NCBI GenBank assembly: GCA_051362555.1
Contig: CM120645.1
Location: 7,998,001 to 8,062,000 of the forward strand
Direction: 5' to 3'
Source: Lingula anatina
Lineage: Eukaryota; Animalia; Brachiopoda
DNA: 64,000 nt
The notes beneath the pieces were generated by a model. It had not been told where the DNA came from and did no database searches. It worked only from the letters and a program-made list of their open reading frames with translations. This document shows, in pieces, positions 54,177-64,000 of this stretch (position 1 is its first letter; the number at the start of each line of letters is the position of its first letter). The translations under genes and the position numbers were made by a program.

Positions 54177-57038
54177 TTAGCAAGATTAGGGTTTAAGATG
54201 GACATGCAAAAACGGTTTCAAAGAATGAAATTGGAAGGAACCATTTACTTGTGTTGTAGTCACTTTTTACTCCACAATAAAACAGTGTAAATGTTATCTA
54301 GTTAGGATGAACAAGGAGCACTACGAATTAAAACCTTGAACAAGCCTTCTGGTGTACTCTTTATCAGTGAAACATGTTGTTTATTTCTTTTGCAAATTGT
54401 TGGGTACAACACTTTGTTTGAATCACATATTAGATTGTTCTTGTATTTCTAAAACCGTTCTTTGCCATTTCGTAAAAGGTCACTTTATAGAAGAAGTCAG
54501 GTCTAGCAATTGGTTTTATAAACTATTGCAGTGATGATTATTAGCCTTTTAGTTTTTGAAGCGAGAAGAATTGGGAGTATTTACTGGCTCTAACTGAGCC
54601 ATTAAGCCCTTATGACTCTCTAAATTTAAAATATCACTTTTGATTGCATGATTCATTGATTTTTACTGCTTTGTTGATGTTTGGGATATGTTCATGGATG
54701 AAAGAAAATATAAATTAGCACACCATTTGTGACTATGTATCACGTAAAAACCACCTTGCAGATAATAGACTATAATAATGGCAGTCCAAAAAAAGAAGAA
54801 TACAAGACGTTAGCATAGTGTGCCATGCAGCTCATATTAACATTTCACCACAAACCATATTGCATCATCAGCTCAAGATTTGACTTCTGCGTTACAAATT
54901 AAATAAACCTTTGTGCCAAGTGCCCCAGTCTCGAAATGAAAACATTTGCAGACCCCCTCTTAAAATTCATCTGATTCAATTGAATATGACAACACTTTCA
55001 AAGAAATGACATTTAATATTTTTAATTGTTGATGGCTTTGGTAGAATTTGTCAAAGAAATATGTTTCAATGGATAGATTTGAAAATACTGTTTTTTTTTT
55101 TATTCTATTTTATTTTATTTTATTTCATTCATTTATTTATTTAGTTAGTTAGTTAGTTATTTTTGTAGGTTTTTGTTCGCAGGCAAACAGGCAGTAAATA
55201 TAAGTTATTGGGGAGATTCCCCTTAGCACATCCTTTTCCTGTGTGTTTTTGTGTGATGTGGAAGGAAGAAGTAGGAGAGCTGAACCCCACCCTAACCCTA
55301 CTCCAACATTTATTCTTTGGGCAAAGATATAAAATCATTTGAGTCTTCTTTTTCCTGTCCATTGTTATGAAGTTGAGAAAAAAGATGATGAAAAGAACCA
55401 TCTAGGTTTCCACAATTATGTCCTCTTTAATGCTATTGACATGGGCTGACCCTGTGTTACATTGTAGAATCATTAAACCCTGTTGCTTTCGCTAAGACCA
55501 TTAGGTGTGCCACAATGGCAGGTGATTCAATTACGATGTGACAGTTAGCTGAAATGTCTTCGGTCATGACCCCATGGCGTTTTGGATAGGCCCAGTTTAG
55601 GGTTCCTCACCAGGGAATCGATGTCTGCTCAAGGGCGTGGTCAATATGGAAAAGTGCGTACAGTGTCCTTTTGGCATTTAAAGATTGCCACAAATGTGGA
55701 TATTCATAAAGGATGACTTAATATGCAAGGGTTTGTACTCAGCATTGGTGTTATACCTTTTAGGGCAATGTGAATGTTGAGGTTGCCCCTAACATGGATA
55801 TTGAAGAAGATCTGATTGATTTTCTGATGATACAAGGGGTCGTGCCCGTGTCAATCCCATTTTGCCAATTGGGATTTTTCTATCGCATGCAGGGTTGTTA
55901 ATACCAGCATGCACCTACATGCACGAAATCCTTGTGTATGACCACTTTGTTGGTTCCTTCATTAAGTTAGCTTGGAAAAAAAGTATTCTTTGATGTAGAC
56001 TATCACAGGGCATTTTTTTTCTCTGAGGAAAGGTATGGTTAAATGCATGGAAAATAATAGTGTTTTTTCCACAAAAAAATATTTTCTTTCATTTTTACTT
56101 TCTTGTTATGTTTTAAGTTTTGAGTATATGATACATAGTATATCATTATATGATTTCGTATTTTTGTCCTTGATGTGATAGTAAAAGTAAATAGTCTTCT
56201 TTTTATGTGTATCTAAAAACATGAAGTTCATGTTGTTGTTGAGATTACACAGTAGGATCAGATTGTGAAGCTGCAGCTTTGTTAGGGTAAGTTCAGAAGG
56301 ACTCTGATATTATCTTACTTTGGTCCATTATTGATTATATATTATGTGCTCTTGTTAGAGAGATCAGGTGAAACATTCACAAAGTTCACCACCTGAGCTC
56401 AATGTAGTCTTTGAAAAAAAAATCGGGTGAATTATTTGTTGAGTTTAGTTCATTTACATAGGAAAAATTAAATATATGTGAACATTCTGTGAGTGGTATT
56501 CACATGGGCAAGTGTACACACAAAAAGGCAGATCAAATAATACATAAATAAGTATGAGAAAAGATACAAAAGTGTGAGAATTTCTCTTGCTGTTAATGGT
56601 TTTACCTGACTGAATATACCTTGTTCAAATGGCCTAACCTTTACATATTGTTACTAAATTGGCTAAGGCCATTGTCACCACTCATTAGTGATTGGATTGG
56701 GGGAGGAAATTATAACTGCCCTGTCCTTTACATTTACCTTCATCATCAGTGGAGAAAGAGGGAGCAACAGGGACAGGGTTCAGATCTTTTTATGGTTCAT
56801 TATTTAAAATCCATATTAAGCCTTTTTTTTTTTTGTCCTGATATTTATATTCTTTTCATAAGCTTTCTTATTTAGGAAAGTCATTTCATTTAGAAAATCA
56901 TGTAGGAATTTCAGAGTCAAAATTTAAGGTTATATTTTTAGAAATTAGTTTTTTCTGTTATTACAAGTAAATAAAAACTGGTGATTCTGGCTATCATTGG
57001 TAGTAAAATTGTACACAGACAAGACTATTTTAGTAGAC

Positions 57039-57081
<43 letters not shown>

Positions 57082-58137
57082 ACCTTTCCTTTAACTTCCT
57101 CTCTACAGTGCGGAATGGCAGGCTGGCAAAATATCAAAAAGCAACAAGTTCAATTGTTTGTAGCACAGGAAGGCCTCGTCTGCTGAAAGTTAGGCAACAT
57201 CTGTGATGAAGCAATAGTGCCAATGCATAATACATGGCTGTCCGTATTGTGTGGAATGGCAGACCTAAATTTAGGTCTTGCCCTTTTGCCCTGATTGTAT
57301 TGTTTTACCTCTGCTCAACCCATCCTCTCTGATGAACCAAATGATTGTTCTGGTATTACTGAGAGAACGGTGTTCCAAGATTGTTGTAGGAGTTCTGGTG
57401 ACTTTTCATGAGTTTTCTGATTTTGTTTGGTGAAAGTGAAGCTGTTGTAAGTTGATTTTTTTGTTCTCTTGGTTCTGTACTCTTTCTGTGATATTTAAGG
57501 CTTATTTTTTTTTTTTTTGAAGAACGTGATGTTGTGTTTTAATTTTCCAGAACTGTTTATGTTCTTGTTTTTTAATTCTTTTTGCATGCTCCTTATTTTA
57601 AATGACTTGAGGAATTACATTTAAAGACATCAGTGATTTGTTGTTACTTCTGATAACCTTTGTTACCCCATTAATCCAGTTAGGCCGTTTTCTCTGTCCT
57701 TATTAAAATTCATCATATATATATATATATGTGTGTATATGCTGTTACTTAATAGTTTACACTTCATATTCTCCTGTCATGTAATGGCAAAGTTGATTTT
57801 TTTTTCTTTTTGTATTGCATTTGCATTAATGATAGTAAGGATAAAAAGTATGCCTGACCATCTGCCTATGGGCACATTTATATCCCAAGGTTTGGAGAAC
57901 AGGCACTCTGAAATGTTCTGGAATTTGGTCACCCATTTTCACCCAACTATAAAATAATATAACATCATCCCCTTAAAATTTCATAAGCTGTTCAGCCATC
58001 TTTGAAATTGTACGCAGTCTTTTGAGGCCAGAGGACATCCATATGACGACTGGACAGCTCTCTGGAAAAAGTTTTGGTCACCCGATAAAATTCTTCGGAA
58101 CCCAGTTATTGACAATGAGCTGTACCATGCCCCCCCC

Positions 58138-58187
<50 letters not shown>

Positions 58188-59457
58188 GCTCATCCTACTT
58201 CAGCATTTTCAACACAGTGCACCCATCATACTTTTTAGAAACGCTCGCTCTGAGATTTAACATTACGTTGACCAATTTCAGACCTCGGCTGTCGCTACCA
58301 CAAATGCCACTGGTCCCATCGCAGTCACTATGTTGACTCCTCAAGATCTAGCAACACGAATAAAGGATGTGGGGCAATTGGGGCAGATACCAATCACTTC
58401 TTTAAACAGCCTGGATCTGGCCAGTCGGTTAAAGGTAGGCGTTAACTGCACTGGACATAGGGGTGAAAGTTTGTGTGACCTGTGACCTATTATTTAAAAG
58501 TACATGTTACCTATTTTTCTAATTGTCTGAGAATTCAGTAATGAATTAAGAAAAATTCAGAAAAATGTTTATGCTATTGTCACATTGGGCTGAAATTTAC
58601 ATCTTGCCCTGCTTCCAATCCAAAAAAAGTGATGTGCTTACTGAGAAAATGTTCTAGAAATTAAAGACAAGAAAAGGTTAAAAGGTAAATAACTTTTCAA
58701 GGACCCCAAGGGTTTCGCTGATCCTCTCTAACTTCTGTTTCACTTGAGCACCTGGAAAGTGTGTGTCATTGGTTCTGATTACTCGAGCAGTTTTCATTAC
58801 TTAGCAAGCGTTGTCATTCTACATATCGGATCATTTAAGCACTTAGTGTTGGGAGAGGGTACTGCCCGTAGCAGACAGTTGAAAAGTTCACGAGTTAAGT
58901 GAACTGCAATCAGCAAAAATGAAAGGTTCTTATTCATCAGTTGTGCCAAGTATTGAATAAGAGTCTTGCTGTTTTATCTGGCTGTTAGGCTTTCTGATTC
59001 ACCAGGGATGTCCACATAATATTACTCAAATCACAGAAATCTGTTGTTTAAAGGGATAATAACTCTTTGTGTGAGATCTATATTTCACAATAAAAACCTT
59101 GTGAATAACTCATAGAAATATAATATATTCTGTTTTACCACAAAAACAGCAGTTATAGCTTTTATTCTGATATCTGAACTTATCTTTAGACCACGTGACC
59201 TCCATTGATGTCTATACTCTGTTAAAATCTCTTAAGAGATTTTAACAAAAAAACAAACTTTTTAGAAAAAAACCAGGCACTAACTTTGAATGTAAAAATG
59301 GATTCATTAACCATTGGTAAGTATGGGAAAATTGTTGTTTACTCCAGGAAAATTCATTTTTTGGCCGAAACGAAGAGTTATTATTGCTTTAAATGTAAGT
59401 TATAAACTGTAAAAGATAGAAAACATGCACGCAAGCATGTACACACATACCCACAGG

Positions 59458-59488
<31 letters not shown>

Positions 59489-61977
59489 TAAAAAATTATA
59501 ATAAATTTAAATATTTAAGACGGTTCAATAGAAATTTGTAGAATATGAACTCGTAAATGTATGGGGTACTTAAGGGGTCCTGGATTTGTAGTTCTGCCGT
59601 ACATGAACCGATTGTTCTGATAGTGGTTTTGACTGTAAATATAAACCTAAAACTGTAGGGTTAGAAATAGTTTACAAATGTATAGTAGACATGTCTGCGT
59701 GCTGGGAGTTGAAGGAAACCCTGCTCTTTTTCTTTGAAAAAAAAACTGTTGTAAGGATTAGAGTCATGAAATTGTATGTGAAGCACAGACAGAGTGCTTT
59801 GAATGAGTGGATTTGCCATTCAACTTAGTAACGAGTTCTGAACCTGACTTCTGCCATGGATAAGACAGAGGGTATGGTAATTACTCAGTTTTTTCAATTG
59901 GCAAAAATTATGATACTTTCAGATACATAATTCTATTATCAAAAAAAAATTCTCTATAGTATTGGTAGTGATTTTTATTCACAGAATGAAATCATAGAGT
60001 AGCCTTCTTTTAAATTTCGTTGCTACCATTCAGTTTGAATGTTCTAATTTAAAGAAATCTTTAAAATACAGTATCTGTAAAATTCACAATTTTCCCACTT
60101 TTCAAAAGATAGAGTAATTACCATATGAGGTGAGAGGATATGAGCAGAGGTAGAAGGCGAACTTGAACTTCCTGTATGCAAACTGTTGCAATCTGGGCCT
60201 TTCAGTCAAAGGAATCCTCTACTGAGAGATTCAGGAGGGCCACAGTGAATGGAACTTGCCCCTGATAGTCCACTGCAGTTGATCATACAATCAAGTGAGA
60301 TATTGCTGGATTAAGAAAAGAGTTGGGGTCAGTGACACATTAGTGAGTGTGGTGCAGCAGTGAATAAGAATTAATATGACTTATGCTTGCATTACTTTTT
60401 AAGAAGCCATTCCCAGCGCTTTGAGTTTCACCATTGTTGCAACTTGCTAAAACATTAGCCCCACCTCCTGTGGATTCTTGCATGTTTCCTGTTGTCATAT
60501 ACTAGTAATATCATGCAGTCCCTACAGCCTTGTTTAGGGGCGCATTCCCATAGATTTTAGATCGATCTATCCCTGTGGAGAGTCTCTCTAGATTACTGTC
60601 AGATAATCCGGCTTAAATGTCTATCCCACCTACTACAAGCTGTAAGGGGGTAATTAACTTTCATGCCTGCTGGGCTGATAGCTATTTAGTGTGAACCCCC
60701 AGGGAGTTAGGTCGATCTAGTTGAATCGATCTATCTCTGGGAATTGGGTCTAAGACTATCTCAGAGGATTTTCATTGTAACTGGTGGCAGACTGCATCGG
60801 AGACTCCTTTTCCTCAATGAAGGACCCTCTAAGGGTGCATTCAGATTCACACATCATACTAGCTGGGTCTGTCCAACTCTTTGGGGGGGTTATTTCTAAA
60901 GTGCAATCAGTGGAATCGGCTTAATCAGGATATAATCAGCACAGTAGTGAATTACTCCCTAGCTGCACAAGGAGGTGTGTCAGACAATTTAAGCTGATTC
61001 CACTGATTGCACTTCAGCGAGGATCCCCGGCAGAGTTGGACTGACCCAGTTTGTACAATGTGTGGATCTGAATGCGATCTCAGAGAGCCACAGCATGTTC
61101 TCAAGGATCAAGGGCAGACTGAGATGACCTTTAACTGACTGAGTTGGCTGCCTATTAACAATAGGTTAAAATCCATTAAGTTGAAATTATTGCAAAAGGA
61201 AATGGCCAGCAGTTGTTAATATAATTAGATTGGCATTATGTTCACAAGGTTTAATGAGTTGCTCATCTAATAGTAATCATATTGATGTGAAGGGTGATTA
61301 CAAATTGTTCTGTACTTTGGATAGGAGTGGTTTGTAACCAGTAGGGAATTTTTGGAGAAAAAGTAAATTATTTGCTACTAGGCTGATGCTCCTAAAAAAT
61401 TAATGAATAGGTAAATGAATAAAATAAATGGCTGAATCAATAAATACATAAATAGATAAATGGATGTATGGATTGATAAATGGATGGCTGGATAAATAAA
61501 TAATGAATCATGATAATTGGATGAGACTTGTAAAAATTACTAACAAAAGTTCCTCTCCACTGAATGCTTATCTTTAGTGTACATAGTATCAAGGCATCAT
61601 TTCAATGAAAATAACAATATATATAAATTGCATCTATATATTTTCCCACAATGAGCAAAAAGGAAGAAGGAAAAATACATACAAACTAACCTTACTAGTA
61701 TCTATAAAGAAATATTATTTATCCTCATTCCAGGACCTGACTCCGCAGGCTCTGCAGCTGACCACGCCCGGCCTCCCCTCTCCCCAGCAGATGGAGGCCG
61801 GGTCCCCTGGGTCCACCCCCATCACCCCCATGACACCCCAGACACAGAAGATGTACTTTGAACAAAGATATGAGCCTTGCCTTGTGTGTGGAGATAAAGC
61901 TTCAGGTAAGGTGCTTGCATGAACTTGCTCGCACGCTTACACGTGTACAAACACACAAAATACCGACACACACACAC

Positions 61978-62012
<35 letters not shown>

Positions 62013-62472
62013 CCTGCATACATATGCAGACAGTCTGTTGCTTTGTGGATAAAAAAAAAATTAATAACTATGAGTTATTACTGTAATTTGATGAATGATT
62101 TGTTAGAATGTATTGTTTTCTTTTCCAAGAAGAACAAAATAGAAGTAACAAAAATAGAACAATGAAGAAATATTTGATACCCGATGAACCATGTACCTCC
62201 TTTTAATTTGATCAGTTGATCACGCTTCTTACTCATTCAGCTCCAACTTGAATAGCATCCTGATCTGTTTTCACATTCTGACAAGAATATAGTTGTGAAT
62301 CATTGCTTTTGTAATTGTACTAGTAGTTTCTTCATAGCAGAATGTCTACCTGAAGATGCTGTTTGAAAATTAAACATTTTTTTCTTTTCTGTGAAAAAAG
62401 TTTTTAAAGAAAATTCATGAACTGTCAAAATTGCTGGATAGCTGATATCCTGAAATTGATCTTAACCCTCCC

Positions 62473-62503
<31 letters not shown>

Positions 62504-62879
62504 ACACACACTCACATACAACAGCCACCTCAATACATAATACTGTACACTTGATTTGGAGCACCATTAAATTGTTTAGATATTCTATAAAAAAAATAGC
62601 AAAGTTAACATGTTTTGAATATTTCCACAGGTTATCTAAGGTTTCTATTTGAAATGCATGCAAAAATTCTATTAGTTGAATATTATATTCACATTCCAGG
62701 TCGCCATTATGGCGTAATAAGCTGTGAAGGCTGCAAAGGTTTCTTCAAGCGCAGTATACGGAAACAGCTGGGCTATGCATGTCGAGGAAGTCGAGATTGT
62801 CCAATCACAAAACACCATAGAAATCGGTGCCAGTACTGCCGCCTACAGAAGTGTCTTAGAGTTGGAATGCGATCAGAAT
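49162..62879 (+). CDS. NR2C2: Nuclear receptor NR2C/D (TR2/TR4/Hr78-like): A/B region and DNA-binding domain; ligand-binding domain lies beyond the window
   Basis: Exons 49162-49416, 58282-58434, 61734-61905, 62700-62879 are in frame. The [72 protein letters not shown] carries the KHHRNRCQ signature of TR2/TR4/Hr78. The symbol denotes the family co-orthologue. Confidence 0.9.
49950..50304 (+). mobile_element. ~350-bp TTAA-type MITE in an NR2C intron
   Basis: TIR AGGGATAATAACTCTT / AAGAGTTATTATCCCT, preceded by TTAA. Reverse-complement copy at 59052-59388. Confidence 0.85.
51348..51724 (+). mobile_element. 377-bp TTAA-flanked MITE, second copy
   Basis: Same length and termini as 18990-19366 with TTAA on both sides; similarity stops at the TTAA. 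Confidence 0.85.
59052..59388 (-). mobile_element. Inverted copy of the 49950-50304 MITE
   Basis: TTAA-flanked, and an end-to-end reverse-complement match except for a short internal duplication in the other copy. Confidence 0.85.
60534..60753 (-). mobile_element. Inverted copy of the 19967-20188 MITE
   Basis: Reverse-complement match, e.g. GTGAACCCCCAGGGAGTTAGGT and GCTGTAAGGGGGTAATTAACT. Confidence 0.75.
60830..61082. mobile_element. Long-palindrome MITE adjacent to the 60534 MITE
   Basis: Arms GCATTCAGATTCACACAT..TAC.AGCTGGGTC.GTCCAACTCT...AAGTGCAATCAGTGGAATCGGCTTAA / TTAAGCTGATTCCACTGATTGCACTT...AGAGTTGGACTGACCCAGTTTGTACAATGTGTGGATCTGAATGC. Confidence 0.75.
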
Positions 62880-64000
62880 GTAAGCTGGCACTGATATATT
62901 TTTTATTATTATTATTTTATTTATTTAATTTTTTTCCCCCAATTTGCAGCAGGTCAATCTTGGGCTCTTACTGGCATCTATAAGTTTCATCAAGTATTGA
63001 AAAAATTCACTTTGGCCAAAGGAGATGAGATCTTTCTAGACAGTTTTGTTACTTTATCATTCTTTGTTCAAATTTTTGATACTTCTAAAAATTTTCAGCT
63101 TTGTGGCTAAAAAATACATTATGCCAGAATGAGCCTATCGTTACCAAAAAATTGACCTAAATGCAGTAAAGGCATCATCTTACGTGTTTTGATTTATTGC
63201 GCATCAAGATATTATCACTGTATGACATCTATTCCTTACACCTCTGCCTGCTGGGTTCTACTCTGGTGCTTCTCCACATTAAAGATCTATACATGTAACA
63301 TTCTAAGTATGTAACATCCAGAGAGACAACATGATGGCAATCACTATGAAGCAAGTTCAGTTGAAGCATATCTGTGATAATCTGTATATGGAAAGGGGTA
63401 GACTTTATTAAGAATTCGGTAAAATTAGTAATAATTATTTTACTTTCTAGGATCATAATAATAATAGTAATAATAATAATAAAAATAATAATAATAAATT
63501 AAAATCGAGCAGTTTTGGATGTTTTATGGAGAATTTTTGAGTTTATAATTGTTGCCCCAGCCCAATGATCATGAATTTGTAGACTGATTTTTTTTATGCA
63601 AGAAGTCATTTTTGTCAAAATTAACCGTTCAATACCTTATTATATCTTAAGTCAGGCAATTATCAAAGAACGTAATAAGATGTTATGCTGCTCTCTCATC
63701 CCTCTGAATGTCTTTCCTCTTCCTCCCTCTTGTCCCCATCCTCCCCCTAAGTCCCCCTATGGTTTGGATGGATCTTCATTCCTCCCATATAGCAACCATT
63801 ACCTAGAAATTAAAATGAGTTGCTGTTTTTGATATAAAACCCCTACCTTTTTATTTATTAATTTATTAATTTATTTATTTATTTATTTATTTTTTGTTAA
63901 ACAGACATTCTGAATAGAAAATATATGCAGCCTAGTGACAGATTCCATAGCCCAACTTAATCTGTGTTAACTTCATATAATATTTATATATAGTTAGTAA

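Overview
AT-rich, intron-rich animal genomic DNA. The gene and repeat content suggest an invertebrate, probably a mollusc (inference). Most entries in the ORF track are spurious, so I assembled the genes by hand from GT-AG exons. In order: the first (signal-peptide) exon of a secreted protein running off the left edge (-); a ~9.3 kb nest of non-autonomous Helentron/HINE-like elements carrying a ~160-bp satellite (1069-10333); EMC3 (-); UXT (+); MIC19/CHCHD3-like (-); rabenosyn-5 (+); EOGT (-); and the 5' part of an NR2C/D (TR2/TR4/Hr78-type) nuclear receptor (+), cut off by the right edge. The six named genes form three head-to-head pairs, and several MITE families sit in the introns. Main observations: (1) an intact tandem-duplicated, probably mutually exclusive coding exon in the EOGT catalytic region; (2) a frame-incompatible alternative exon pair in MIC19; (3) an IR7 element at the NR2C first exon, plus DR1/DR5 nuclear-receptor elements at neighbouring promoters and in NR2C introns; (4) tandem splice acceptors that could switch NR2C between a uORF and an N-terminal extension; (5) up to four levels of self-nesting of one HINE family; (6) an inverted MITE pair flanking an in-frame NR2C exon. 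All exon models come from manual reading and have no transcript support.
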